A stretch of DNA of 64,000 nucleotides from Alphaproteobacteria bacterium (GCA_964291265.2 OZ219747.1:2848001-2912000), one strand, 5' to 3'. Counted from the first letter of the stretch, positions 10,179 through 20,528 are shown. A program made the numbers and translations. The notes: generated by a model from the sequence alone, not told the origin.

Positions 10179-10667
10179 ATGCGTGATGGCGTTGCGGGAT
10201 GCTGCGACAACCTTGCCTGCTGCCTGGACAATCGGCAGGCGGAGATTCTGGACTGGGGTTGTCGCGACGGGGCCGCAGGCGCGGTTCTTGCCGGTCTTGG
10301 ATACCGGATTATCGATGGCATGGATGCTGCAGACCGCATGCTCGCGCAAGCGCGCGCAAGGGGGGTCTACCGCCGGCTCTTCAGCACCACGTCACCGGCC
10401 GAGCTGCCGGATCGCATCTATGACGCTGTCGTCGTCGCGCAAGCCTTGAGGGGTGGCGATGCTTCTTCCGATGCGCTTGACGACCTAGTGAGGCTTCTGA
10501 GGGCGGGAGGCGTGGTATCCCTTGCCGTGGCGCCTGAAGGCGGCCTGGATGACGCCTGCGAGCGGATGTGCGAGGCCGGAGCGCTGTTGAAGCTGAAGGC
10601 GACTTGGGACAGGTTTCCGGCGACGGGGGAACCGGCCGTGCGGTGTCTGGTTCTTGGACGATTCTAG
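10179..10667 (+). CDS. Class I SAM-dependent methyltransferase-like protein (short, motif I degenerate; start uncertain)
   Basis: ILDWGCRDGAAG, IDGMD...MLAQARARGVY, YDAVV, LVRLLRAGG. Confidence 0.6.
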   Translation: MRDGVAGCCDNLACCLDNRQAEILDWGCRDGAAGAVLAGLGYRIIDGMDAADRMLAQARARGVYRRLFSTTSPAELPDRIYDAVVVAQALRGGDASSDALDDLVRLLRAGGVVSLAVAPEGGLDDACERMCEAGALLKLKATWDRFPATGEPAVRCLVLGRF

Positions 10668-10682
10668 CGGGGGTCACACATC

Positions 10683-11648
10683 ATGCAGATCAACATGCAG
10701 GGGCCACCAGGCCGCTACAATGCGCCCTACGGCGGAATCGCCACGTTCCTGCGCCAGGACTACTGCGACGACATTGCCACGCTTGATGCCGACTACGCGA
10801 TCCTCGGCACGCCGACCGACGAGGGATCCCCGTTCATGGGCGGCTCGCGATTCGCGCCTCGCTCGATCCGCGAGCATTCTCTTCGGTTCGGGTCTCAGGG
10901 CTACTATGACATCCTCACCGACAGGTCCTACCTGGTCGAGGAAACGGCGAACCGGCGCATCGTCGATGTCGGCGACAGCGACATTCTGGAGACCAATGTC
11001 GAGAAGACCTTCGACAACGTCACCGACGACGTCGCCGGAATTCTCGAGCGTGGCGCCATGCCGGTGATTATCGGCGGCGACCACTCGGTCACCTATCCGG
11101 TGGTGCGGGCCTACCGCGAGCCGATGCATGTCATGCATTTCGATGCCCACATGGACTATCGGCCCTTCGTGCACGACCTGAGGTTCACGAACGGCCACGC
11201 CTTCCGCCACATCAGGCCCATGTCCCATGTGCTGTCGCTGACGCAGATCGGCATCCGCAGCCTCAGGAGTGCCGTGCAGGAGTTCATCGATGCACGCGCC
11301 GAGGGCAGCCACATCGTGACCATGGACGAGGTGCGCCGGCTCGGGCCCGAGGGTTTCGTGCATGCGACCTTCCCGGCGGGCGAGAAGATGTATGTCTCCA
11401 TCGATGTCGATGTTCTCGACATGTCGCTGGTGCCGGGCTGCGTCTCGGCCGAGCCCAACGGCATGCTCTACGCCGAACTGAGGGACATCCTGCGCGCCAC
11501 CGCACGCCACATGGAGGTCATCGGCTTTGACTTCGTCGAGGTCAATCCCAGGCTCGATGTCGGCACCGGCGTGACGTCCTATCTCGGCGCCCACACCATG
11601 GTCGAGTTTCTCGGTGCCATCGCCGAGGCGAAGTCCGCCAGAAGGTAG
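10683..11648 (+). CDS. Agmatinase/ureohydrolase (arginase family)
   Basis: GSRFAPRSIR, GGDHS, DAHMD, SIDVDVLD, DFVEVNP. Confidence 0.9.
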   Translation: MQINMQGPPGRYNAPYGGIATFLRQDYCDDIATLDADYAILGTPTDEGSPFMGGSRFAPRSIREHSLRFGSQGYYDILTDRSYLVEETANRRIVDVGDSDILETNVEKTFDNVTDDVAGILERGAMPVIIGGDHSVTYPVVRAYREPMHVMHFDAHMDYRPFVHDLRFTNGHAFRHIRPMSHVLSLTQIGIRSLRSAVQEFIDARAEGSHIVTMDEVRRLGPEGFVHATFPAGEKMYVSIDVDVLDMSLVPGCVSAEPNGMLYAELRDILRATARHMEVIGFDFVEVNPRLDVGTGVTSYLGAHTMVEFLGAIAEAKSARR

Positions 11649-11662
11649 ATCCCGCCCGACGC

Positions 11663-13690
11663 CTAAACCAGGTGACGGTCGATGGGCACCGACCAATGGC
11701 GTGCCAGGATCCGGTCACGGCCCTCCCGAACGTCAAGGTCGGCAGTGAGATGGAACTGTTCGCGTGATGCCCTGAGATGGGTGCGGGCACGCACGTCCAC
11801 TTCGAATTCGCCGCGTTTCATGCGGGCGGTGACCACCACCTCGCTCTCGGCGGAGAGCGGGTCGTCCGGCGTGATGCTCATGCGTTCGAGGGTGTTCCTT
11901 GCGAACTCGAGACCGTGCTCCTCGATACGGTAGGTGCCACTGCCCCTGCTTGACGTCACTTCGAGACGTCCGGATTGCCGATCGAGCGAGACGGCGTTGC
12001 GCGATGGAGGATCGGTGATCTGTGTCCTTGCCATTTCCGGCGCCTGTTCGGGTGCCTCGAAATCACCGACCCGGGGACCACCTGCGGCGGGTCTCACCGG
12101 AAGATCGAGCGCACTGGTTCCGGTATGGACCGTCAGCAACACCGGTTCGGGAGCCGGAAACAGCATCGGCCAATAGGTGGTGGAGAGCGCCACGCGGATC
12201 CGGTGCCCCTGGCGAAAGCGGTAGGCGCAGTCGTTGAGCGTCAACCGTACCGCCGTCCGGCTGTCCGCAGGCATGGCTTCGGGCGCGTCGTGCGCGTGGC
12301 GGTGGGTCAGGTTGAGAACACCGAAGGACGCCCGTGACACCGGTCCATCGGGGTGGACATCGTTGAGGCGGGCGATGATGTAGGCGACCGGTCGGTCGAC
12401 CTCGAGATCAAGTTCCACCACCGGCTGGCCGAGAACGTCGATGTCCGTTTCCAGCGGTCGGGTCTCGAAGGTGATCGACGCACCGTCGTCCTGGCGCTGG
12501 TCGCCAGGAAACTCGGGTCCGTCACCTCCGGTGCCGTAGGGACACCATTCGCCGCCGGCGAGGCCCAGCGTCTGGGGCGTGACGGCGGACCGCGCCTCGT
12601 CGCGGCCCGATGCCCTGCCGAGACCGTTCGGGTTCAGGTGATAGCGCTGGTTGTGGATCCTTTCCGAGGGCCACGAGAGCTCGCCGATCCAGTGACCGGG
12701 GCAGTCACGGTACCAGGACCGTGGCGGCACCCCGTCCTGCAGGAAGACCCGCAGCATCGGCTCTTCCATGATTCCCGTCTCCTTGTGCTTGAGCCAATGA
12801 TCCCACCAGCGCAGCATCTCCTGGAGAAAGCCGAAGTGGGGACCGGGAGCGTTCTCCATGTAGCCCCACTGGTGGGCATGGGGGCCGACGAGTCCGAGAC
12901 GCGGCACCTCGAGCCCGGCAAGCAGGCGGAAGACGGCATTGGAATAGCCGTCGAGCCAGCCGCCAACGGCGAAGACCGGGCAGCGGATGGCGCCATAGTC
13001 CTCGCACACCGATCCGTGACGCCAGTAGGAATCGCGCGTCTGGTGGCGCATCCACGTTTCAACGGGGCAGGGGATGTCCTCCAGCCGAGCTTGCCAGTTC
13101 GCCCGCCAGCCCTCTCCCATGACCAGTGGGTCTCCGGGAAGGGGCAGGATGCCGAAGAAGGTGGTTCCCCAGTCGAGGTTGTCGTTGAGAAGACAGCCAC
13201 CCATGTAGTGCATGTCGTCGCTGTAGCGGTCGTCGGTGGAGCACGATGTGACCACGGCCCTGAGCTCCGGGGGCTGCAGGGCGGCCACCTGAAGCGAATT
13301 GAAACCGCCCCACGAGATGCCGAACATGCCCACGCTGCCGGTGCACCAGGACTGCCTGGCGATCCAGGCGATCACCTCCCTGCCGTCCTCGAGCTCCTGC
13401 TGCGTGTACTCGTCGCGCATGACGCCGAAACTGTCACCGGCGCCGGCAAGGTCGACGCGCAGGCTGGCATAGCCGTGGCCGGCGAACCAGGCGTGCTTCG
13501 GCTCGTCTCCCGGCCGTGTCATGTCGCGCTTGCGATAGGGGAGATACTCGAGAAGCGCGGGCACCGGATCGTGTTCCGCATCCTCGGGAAGCCAGATGCG
13601 CGCCGCCAGGCGAACACCGCGCTCAAGGGGGATCCACACGCCCTCTTCCCGTATCTCCACCTTCCTGGGCAGATCGTCAACGATACGCAT
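11663..13690 (-). CDS. CocE/NonD family hydrolase (peptidase S15)
   Basis: LEYLPYRKRD, GISWGG nucleophile elbow, GGWLDGY, C-terminal PepX_C-like domain. Confidence 0.9.
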   Translation of the reverse strand: MRIVDDLPRKVEIREEGVWIPLERGVRLAARIWLPEDAEHDPVPALLEYLPYRKRDMTRPGDEPKHAWFAGHGYASLRVDLAGAGDSFGVMRDEYTQQELEDGREVIAWIARQSWCTGSVGMFGISWGGFNSLQVAALQPPELRAVVTSCSTDDRYSDDMHYMGGCLLNDNLDWGTTFFGILPLPGDPLVMGEGWRANWQARLEDIPCPVETWMRHQTRDSYWRHGSVCEDYGAIRCPVFAVGGWLDGYSNAVFRLLAGLEVPRLGLVGPHAHQWGYMENAPGPHFGFLQEMLRWWDHWLKHKETGIMEEPMLRVFLQDGVPPRSWYRDCPGHWIGELSWPSERIHNQRYHLNPNGLGRASGRDEARSAVTPQTLGLAGGEWCPYGTGGDGPEFPGDQRQDDGASITFETRPLETDIDVLGQPVVELDLEVDRPVAYIIARLNDVHPDGPVSRASFGVLNLTHRHAHDAPEAMPADSRTAVRLTLNDCAYRFRQGHRIRVALSTTYWPMLFPAPEPVLLTVHTGTSALDLPVRPAAGGPRVGDFEAPEQAPEMARTQITDPPSRNAVSLDRQSGRLEVTSSRGSGTYRIEEHGLEFARNTLERMSITPDDPLSAESEVVVTARMKRGEFEVDVRARTHLRASREQFHLTADLDVREGRDRILARHWSVPIDRHLV

Positions 13691-13766
13691 GGCCGTCGGT
13701 CCCCTTGGTTCAAGCCAGTCTACACCCAGTGTCGCGATGGGTCCCATCGGCCTGGCCATCCTGGAA

Positions 13767-13787
13767 TTTGATTGACCAGTCAGAAAA
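13767..13787. promoter_or_regulatory. Candidate BetI-type operator TTTGATTGACCAGTCAGAAAA
   Basis: AT-rich imperfect palindrome (TGAC-CA-GTCA core) between divergent cocE and potD; BetI-like regulator 1.3 kb downstream. Confidence 0.45.
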
Positions 13788-13890
13788 CCTGGGGGATGCT
13801 CCCCGGGTCCGCAATCAAGCGGGGTGGACTCTCACGAAACCCAGGGCCAATCCGGGTTCCGAGCTGGAGACAATCTGGAGGATCACATCC

Positions 13891-15000
13891 ATGGATATCA
13901 GGGATACCATCAAGCGTCTCGAAAACAGGGAACTGAGCCGCCGCGAGCTCAGCCAGGCGATGGCTGCGGTCGGTCTGGTGTCGACGGTGATGCCGTTGAC
14001 GGCGGCCCGTGCCGAGGGTGAGGCGATCTACTTCACGTGGGCCGGCTATGACGATCCGGTTTACTGGCCAGGTTATGTCGAAAAGCATGGCGTCGAGCCT
14101 GACTGTCCGATCTACGGCGACGCCGAAGAGGGCTTCACCAAGGTGAGGGCCGGCTTCGTCGTGGATGTCATTCATCCATGCTCCAACAATGTGCCGCGCT
14201 GGCGGCACGCGGGCGTTCTCCAGCCCATCGACACGTCCAGGTTATCCAACTGGAAGGACGTGATTCCGGCGCTCTACAACGTCAAGGACGCCCGGCACGG
14301 GGGACAGCAGTGGTTCGCTCCCGTCGAATGGGGACAGACGTCGATCACCTACCGCACGGACATCGTCGACTGGCAGGGCGAGGAGGAATCCTGGGGTCTG
14401 CTGTGGGACGAGCGCTACGCCGGCAGGCTGTCGATCATCGATGCGGCCGAGGACGCCTGGTGGTGCGCCGCCATCTACGCCGGCGTCGATACCGACAACC
14501 TGACCGACGAGGCCCTGGCGGAGGTACTCGAGGCCCTGAGGCAGCAGCGTGACCTGCTGAGGTTCCGCCAGAGCGACATGACGACCGTCGAACAGGCTCT
14601 CGCCACTGGCGAACTCGTGGCGGCGATGACCTGGAACAGTTCTCCACTGGAGCTCAACAGGCAGGGCATTCCGGTGAAATTCGCCAACGTCAGGGAAGGC
14701 GCGCTCACCTGGGTCTGCGGCACGGTGCTGACCAGCGATGCTCCTCACTACGACAAGGCCCACGATCTCATCGATGCAATGCTCGCCCCCGAGGTCGGAG
14801 TGCACGTGATCGTGGAAAACGGTTACGGTCACTCAAGCGCCGCAGCGTTCGACCTCGTCAGTGACGACGATCTGACGGCCCGTGGACTTTCCCGGGACCC
14901 CTCCGACATCCTGGACAAGGGGGTCTTCCTGAGGGCGCAGACCGAAGAGATCGAGACCAAGATCAATCGTGACTGGGGTGAGATGATCGCCGGTTTCTGA
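13891..15000 (+). CDS. PotD/PotF-like polyamine ABC substrate-binding protein with Tat-like leader
   Basis: LSRREL leader; FTWAGYD, PIDTSRLSNW, WGQTSITYR, EGALTWVCG; GGAGG RBS. Confidence 0.85.
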   Translation: MDIRDTIKRLENRELSRRELSQAMAAVGLVSTVMPLTAARAEGEAIYFTWAGYDDPVYWPGYVEKHGVEPDCPIYGDAEEGFTKVRAGFVVDVIHPCSNNVPRWRHAGVLQPIDTSRLSNWKDVIPALYNVKDARHGGQQWFAPVEWGQTSITYRTDIVDWQGEEESWGLLWDERYAGRLSIIDAAEDAWWCAAIYAGVDTDNLTDEALAEVLEALRQQRDLLRFRQSDMTTVEQALATGELVAAMTWNSSPLELNRQGIPVKFANVREGALTWVCGTVLTSDAPHYDKAHDLIDAMLAPEVGVHVIVENGYGHSSAAAFDLVSDDDLTARGLSRDPSDILDKGVFLRAQTEEIETKINRDWGEMIAGF

Positions 15001-15084
15001 CCGGACATCGCACCTTCCGTCTGACAGGAGGGGTCCGGGGCACGCGCGGTCCCGGTTCCCGCCCCTCACATACGGTGACACGAT

Positions 15085-15771
15085 ATGCCAGATGTCGCAT
15101 CCCCGGCCTCGCCCGGGTCGCAACTGACCGGCACGGCGGAACGCCGCCTCGCCGCCCGGCAGGAACGGCGTCAGCAGCTGATCGATGCCACGATCGAGTC
15201 CATCGCCAAGCGGGGATTCTCGGGCACCACCCTCGAAACGGTCACGAGAGGCGCCAGACTCTCGCATGGCGTGGTCAATTTTCATTTTCGCACCAAGGAA
15301 GATCTCTATGTCGAGACCCTGGGGTACCTGGCGAGAGAACACTACGAGCTGTGGCGCAACGCCATGCTGAACGCGGGTCCGGATCCGGCGAACCAGCTGC
15401 AGGCCATTCTGGAGGCAGACTTCGACCGCCGGGTCTGCTCCGGAAAGAAACTGGCGGTGTGGTTCGCCTTCTGGGGTCAGGCGAAGTATCGGCCTGCCTA
15501 TCTCGAGATCCATCATCGCTTCGATGACGAGAGGTACGTCGAGATCTGCCGGCTGTGCCGGGAGCTGGTGGCAAGCGGCCGCTACGCGGACGCCGACGCG
15601 GAAGGCATTGCCCGCAGCCTCGAAGCCCTGGTCGACGGCCTGTGGCTCAACCTTCTCATGTATCCGCGGCACATCCGCCGGCAAACCGCGCGAACGGACT
15701 GCCTCGCCTATCTTGCCACTGTCTTTCCGCATCATTTCGAGCGGCCGGGAACGCAAGGCTGCGCGGTCTGA
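15085..15771 (+). CDS. TetR family regulator, BetI-like
   Basis: ERRQQLIDATIESIAKRG, HGVVNFHF, WFAFWGQA, ALVDGLWL. Confidence 0.85.
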   Translation: MPDVASPASPGSQLTGTAERRLAARQERRQQLIDATIESIAKRGFSGTTLETVTRGARLSHGVVNFHFRTKEDLYVETLGYLAREHYELWRNAMLNAGPDPANQLQAILEADFDRRVCSGKKLAVWFAFWGQAKYRPAYLEIHHRFDDERYVEICRLCRELVASGRYADADAEGIARSLEALVDGLWLNLLMYPRHIRRQTARTDCLAYLATVFPHHFERPGTQGCAV

Positions 15772-15775
15772 CGAG

Positions 15776-17857
15776 ATGGCCCGGGATCCCCGTCACGACA
15801 TCCTGTTCGAGCCGGTGACCATCGGGCCGGTGACAGCCCGCAACAGGTTCTACCAGGTGCCGCATTGCACGGGGAGCGGCTGGCAGAGCCCGCACATCCT
15901 TGCAGGACTGCGCGCCATGAAGGCTGAAGGCGGCTGGGCCGTCGTCAACACCGAGTACTGTTCGCCCCATCCTTCGATAGACGATACCCCCTTTCCCATG
16001 GCGTCGCTCTGGGATGAGCGCGACATCCGGGCCCACGCCAGGATGACCGAGCAGGTGCATGCCCACGGTTCCCTTGCCGGTGTGGAACTGGTGCTGGGCG
16101 GCGCGAGGATGGCCAATCACCTGACCCGAGAAGTGCCACTCGGAGTGGTCAGCATGCCGCTTGCCACGGGGGACCCCTTCCAGACGCGGGCCATGGATCG
16201 CGACGATATCCGCGAGGTCAGACGATGGCACCGCAATGCGGCACTGCGTGCCAGGACCGCGGGATTCGACATTGTCTACGTCTACGCCACCCACGATTAT
16301 CTGCTGTCGCAGTTCCTGTCGCCGGTCCTCAACACCCGCTCGGATGAGTATGGCGGGGTGCTCGCCAACAGGGTGCGCCTGGTGCGCGAACTCATCGAAG
16401 ACACGAAGGACGCCGTGGGCGCGACCATGGCTGTGGCAGTGAGGTTCTCGGCAGAGACGAACGGCGGCGGAGGCGGTGACGGCACGCCGGTTCCGGGCGA
16501 AACCGAGGACATTCTGGGATTGCTGGGAGAACTGCCGGACCTCTGGGACATCAATGTCAGCGACTATTCCCTCGAAATGGGGCTGTCACGGTTCGTCGGT
16601 GAAGGTTCCCTGGAGGCCTACGTTTCGACCATTCGGTCCCTGACAACGAAGCCGATCGTGTCCGTGGGGCGCTTCACCTCTCCAGATACCATGGCTGCCT
16701 GGGTGAGGAAGGGCCTGGTCGACTTCATCGGTGCGGCAAGACCCTCCATCGCCGATCCCTTCCTGCCGAAGAAGATCGAGGAGGGACGCGTCGAGGACAT
16801 CCGCGAGTGCATCGGCTGCAACATCTGCTACATGGGCGATGCCCGGGGCGCCCCCATCCGCTGCACACAGAATCCCACCACGAGCGAGGAGTGGCGCCGT
16901 GGTTGGCATCCGGAGTTCATCGCCGGCCGTGGTTCCGCGTCACGTGTTCTCGTGGTCGGGGCAGGACCGGCCGGCCTGGAAGCCGCTCTTGCCCTGGGAA
17001 AGCGGGGCTATGACGTGATTGTCGCCGAGGCCACCCGCGAGCTCGGCGGCCGGGTGACGAGAGAAGCCATGCTCCCCGGCCTCGCGGCGTGGCGGCGAGT
17101 GCGTGACTATCGGGTCACCCAGTTGCAAGGCCTGGCGAACGTGGAGATCTACCCTGAAAGCAGGCTCGGCGCAGCGGATGTCCTCGAGATCGCGGCGGAC
17201 CATGTGGCCGTGGCAACGGGGGCGCGCTGGCGGGCGGACGGTTTCGGCGCCAGCAATCGTGCCGGAATCGAGCGCCTCGGGCCGCGAGAGGGACTCTTCA
17301 CGCCCGATGACATCATGGCCGGACGGTTGCCTGAAGGTCGCGTGCTCGTCTATGACGATGACCACTACTACATGGGAACCGTCATGGCCGAGACACTGCG
17401 CGGCCAGGGTCTTGAGACCACGTTTGTGACGCCGGAAGATGTCGTCTCGGCCTGGGGCGGACTGACCCTGGACCGTTGGCGGGCCCGCAGAAGACTGATG
17501 GAGTCCGGTATCGGCATCGTCGTCGCCCATGAACTGGTTTCCTTCGATGGCAGTGAGGCAAGGGTGGCCTGTTGCGCAAGCGGCGAGGAACAGGACATCG
17601 TCGCGGACGCCATCGTGCTTGTCACGTCGCGTACACCCGATGATGCCCTCTACAGGGCGATTCGCCGGAGCATGGAGGCGGGAGAGAAGAGTGCGCCGAA
17701 GTCGCTGAAACGGATCGGCTACTGCGATGCGCCGGCCATCATCGCCGCGGCGGTGTATTCCGGTCACCGCTACGCCCGCGAACTCGATACCGAGATCGAT
17801 CCCGACAACCCCCTCAGACACGACCGGGTCGACGTGGAGACGGACAATGGAGACTGA
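15776..17857 (+). CDS. Trimethylamine/dimethylamine/histamine dehydrogenase-like iron-sulfur flavoprotein (OYE family)
   Basis: NRFYQVPHC (cysteinyl-FMN Cys), ARPSIADPFLP, ECIGCNIC...CTQN 4Fe-4S motif, VVGAGPAGLEAA. Confidence 0.88.
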   Translation: MARDPRHDILFEPVTIGPVTARNRFYQVPHCTGSGWQSPHILAGLRAMKAEGGWAVVNTEYCSPHPSIDDTPFPMASLWDERDIRAHARMTEQVHAHGSLAGVELVLGGARMANHLTREVPLGVVSMPLATGDPFQTRAMDRDDIREVRRWHRNAALRARTAGFDIVYVYATHDYLLSQFLSPVLNTRSDEYGGVLANRVRLVRELIEDTKDAVGATMAVAVRFSAETNGGGGGDGTPVPGETEDILGLLGELPDLWDINVSDYSLEMGLSRFVGEGSLEAYVSTIRSLTTKPIVSVGRFTSPDTMAAWVRKGLVDFIGAARPSIADPFLPKKIEEGRVEDIRECIGCNICYMGDARGAPIRCTQNPTTSEEWRRGWHPEFIAGRGSASRVLVVGAGPAGLEAALALGKRGYDVIVAEATRELGGRVTREAMLPGLAAWRRVRDYRVTQLQGLANVEIYPESRLGAADVLEIAADHVAVATGARWRADGFGASNRAGIERLGPREGLFTPDDIMAGRLPEGRVLVYDDDHYYMGTVMAETLRGQGLETTFVTPEDVVSAWGGLTLDRWRARRRLMESGIGIVVAHELVSFDGSEARVACCASGEEQDIVADAIVLVTSRTPDDALYRAIRRSMEAGEKSAPKSLKRIGYCDAPAIIAAAVYSGHRYARELDTEIDPDNPLRHDRVDVETDNGD

Positions 17858-18584
17858 TGACACCCTTGCGATCGCCGAGATCTGGTTTGCCATCGAGGCT
17901 CTCGAGGACGGCATCATCCGGTTCCGGGAGGGGCACATCGACTCCTATGCCGTGGGTGACATCTGGCTCGTCCGCGGCCGTGACCGTGACCTTGCGGTCG
18001 ATACGGGCACCGGCATCGTGCCGCCCGCCCCGCTCGTCGAGGCCGTGGCCGGCAAGCCCGTCACCGCCGTTGCCCTCAACTGCTACTACGACCATGCCGG
18101 CGGATGGGCGAGTTTCGCCGATCGGGCCTGTCATCCCCTCGACGCACCGGCACTGCGCGCTCCCACCCGGGAAAGTGTCGGCGCCGGAACCTATCTCAAT
18201 CGGACGACTCTTTGGGCCCTGCCGCATGAGCACTATGACGTGGACGACTACACCATGACGCCGGCCGAGCCAACCCGTCTTGTCGAGGACGGATCACGGC
18301 TCGATCTGGGCGACCGCGTGCTCGATGTCCTGCATGTGCCGGGGCGTTCACCAGGCGGCCTTGCGATCTGGGACCCGGCAAGCGGTACGCTCTTCACCAG
18401 CGACATGCTCTACGACGGTGATCACGGGCCTGCCTGGCCACCTCCCGAACCGGTCGCCTACTGCTCCAGCCTGAAGCGCATGCGCGAACTCCCGGTGAGG
18501 CGTGTCTGTCCGGGTCACTACGGCGTCATGGACCGCCAGCACATGCTCCATGTCATCGACCGGCAGCTGGCTGATCTCGAGTGA
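17847..18584 (+). CDS. Metallo-beta-lactamase fold hydrolase with atypical metal motif
   Basis: AVDTGTG, NCYYDHAGG (in place of HxHxDH), LHVPGRSPG, LFTSD, CPGHY. Confidence 0.75.
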   Translation: METDDTLAIAEIWFAIEALEDGIIRFREGHIDSYAVGDIWLVRGRDRDLAVDTGTGIVPPAPLVEAVAGKPVTAVALNCYYDHAGGWASFADRACHPLDAPALRAPTRESVGAGTYLNRTTLWALPHEHYDVDDYTMTPAEPTRLVEDGSRLDLGDRVLDVLHVPGRSPGGLAIWDPASGTLFTSDMLYDGDHGPAWPPPEPVAYCSSLKRMRELPVRRVCPGHYGVMDRQHMLHVIDRQLADLE

Positions 18585-18623
18585 GCGAACGGGTAGTCAA
18601 ACCGGTCTCGGACGGTGGAGTCC

Positions 18624-19961
18624 CTATGACAGGATGGCGGCCACCTTCCGGGCGACAGATCGGCCGTTGAGCCAGGCGCCACCGGCGAGCTGGTACCATG
18701 GCGCGGCCGTGGCCTCGCCGGCAAAGAAGATCCGGTCGGCGACGGGCCGGGCGAGTTCGTCTCGTGCGCCATGGTGACCGGGGAGCGCCGCGGCATAGGC
18801 GCCGCGCGTCCAGGGATTGCTGTCCCAGTCTGTCGCCAGTCCCCTCACGAAGTGCTTGCGCGCGTCATTGCCGAAGATCGCGACCAGCTCGCCCAGGGCG
18901 AAATCGACCGCGGCGTCGGACCCCGCGGCCGCCAGTTCTCGTCCGAAACGCCCTCCCGTGAAGCCGATCACGAGATCGAAACCGAAAGGAAAGGTGAGGA
19001 AATAGCAGGCCCGGGCCGGCAGCAGGTTCTGCACATGATAGGTCAGCCAGTTGTTGTCGCCGAGACCGAACCGCACACCATCAAACTCGAGGGCGATCTT
19101 CATCAGGAGCCCCATCGGCAACCGGTCGATGGCTTCCTGTTTCCACAACGGAAGGGCGGGAACAAAGGAAATGTTCCCGGAGCCCAGGACGCCTGTGGAA
19201 ACTGTGACGATGCAGGCCCGTGCCCGTACCGTGCCGGAGGGGGTCTCCACCGCCACTCCCTCGCCGCTCCAGTCGATGGCCGTGACCGGTGTCTGCAGCT
19301 TCACGGGAAGGTCGAACCCGTCGCGGACGACAAGCGTGCCGTACCCTTCTCGAATCATGTAGTAGGCGCCGGCATTGCCGAAGTTCCAGTTGTCCAGGGT
19401 CGACAACTCGTCAAAATCGACGGAGAAATCCATGGCTCCCATCCATGTCTGGGAGACGCCGGAAAACGGCATGTCGGACGCAACCACCGTCGAGGCGGCG
19501 ACATCGAGACCATCGCGCCCCGCCTTGTCGAGGGCGCTGTTGATGGCGTCCCAGGCGCGGTCGTACTCGTCCCGTTCCTGGCCCGTGGCCTTTCGGTCGC
19601 CGACAAACAGCGACTCTCCGGCGCTGTTGTGGTCGTGCAGGGTGAATCCCCACTCACGCGCCATGGCGACATAGGGAAGGTCCGCCGGCCCCGTGATCCA
19701 GGAACATCCATGATCGAAGGGAACACCGAAGGTGTCGCCTTCCGTCCATGCCCGACCGCCCATGCGTCCCGCAGCCTCGAGGACAAGGACGGACAATCCT
19801 TCGTCCAGCAGGGTCCGGGCCGCGGCAAGGCCGGCCGAGCCGGCTCCCACGACCACGACATCCGGGTTACCGGAAGCGCCAGGAGCGCCGGAAGGCAAGG
19901 CCACCGCAACCCCGAGGCCTGCCAGAAACGATCGGCGAGAGAAAGAACGTGCATCTATCAT
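18624..19961 (-). CDS. Flavin monoamine oxidase family protein with Tat signal
   Basis: FSRRSFL leader; VVGAGSAGLAAA, EAAGRMGGR, FAGEAT, GAWLNG. Confidence 0.88.
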   Translation of the reverse strand: MIDARSFSRRSFLAGLGVAVALPSGAPGASGNPDVVVVGAGSAGLAAARTLLDEGLSVLVLEAAGRMGGRAWTEGDTFGVPFDHGCSWITGPADLPYVAMAREWGFTLHDHNSAGESLFVGDRKATGQERDEYDRAWDAINSALDKAGRDGLDVAASTVVASDMPFSGVSQTWMGAMDFSVDFDELSTLDNWNFGNAGAYYMIREGYGTLVVRDGFDLPVKLQTPVTAIDWSGEGVAVETPSGTVRARACIVTVSTGVLGSGNISFVPALPLWKQEAIDRLPMGLLMKIALEFDGVRFGLGDNNWLTYHVQNLLPARACYFLTFPFGFDLVIGFTGGRFGRELAAAGSDAAVDFALGELVAIFGNDARKHFVRGLATDWDSNPWTRGAYAAALPGHHGARDELARPVADRIFFAGEATAAPWYQLAGGAWLNGRSVARKVAAILS

Positions 19962-20016
19962 GACTGTCCTCCTCCTTCGGTCCGCACCTGCGCTGCCGAG
20001 TCCGGAATCATGCCGG

Positions 20017-20337
20017 TTATCGAGACCTGCGGCGCCGGCGCACCAGAAGCAGCGCACTGACGACAGCCGTGATGATCCACAAGGGACATCCCAGCACGGG
20101 CAGGCCGACGTTCAGCCACAGGTCGGGATCGATGTCCTTCTCGATCAGTGCCTGCAATCCGACGAGGCTGTTGGCATCGATCATGACCCAGAGATCGCCG
20201 ACAGACAGGGACGTGTAGAGAATTGCCAGCACCACGGTGATGATGACAAGGAGACTTGTCATGATGAATCGCACCTCGGACAACACGGTCTCCCTGGTCC
20301 CGGATGGTCGTCGAACGGCATGCAGTGTAGACGACAT
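20017..20337 (-). CDS. Small hypothetical membrane protein (start uncertain)
   Basis: Two hydrophobic segments flanking SLVGLQALIEKDIDPDLW; basic C-terminus. Confidence 0.55.
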   Translation of the reverse strand: MSSTLHAVRRPSGTRETVLSEVRFIMTSLLVIITVVLAILYTSLSVGDLWVMIDANSLVGLQALIEKDIDPDLWLNVGLPVLGCPLWIITAVVSALLLVRRRRRSR

Positions 20338-20528
20338 CCTTCGGTCCGTCACCGTCACACAGGCGGTTGTTGACGCGGTGCGGAGCAGGGGTGAGATTGG
20401 TCCGGCGCGAGAGTCGAGGTGCGGCATGCCCACCGGAACGGAAACGGGATCGTCGTCACCACGCCTGGTTCCGGTCGATGCCTTGATGGAGCCGGGATGA
20501 TGGATCCGGTCCGACCACGGCGCGTGAC

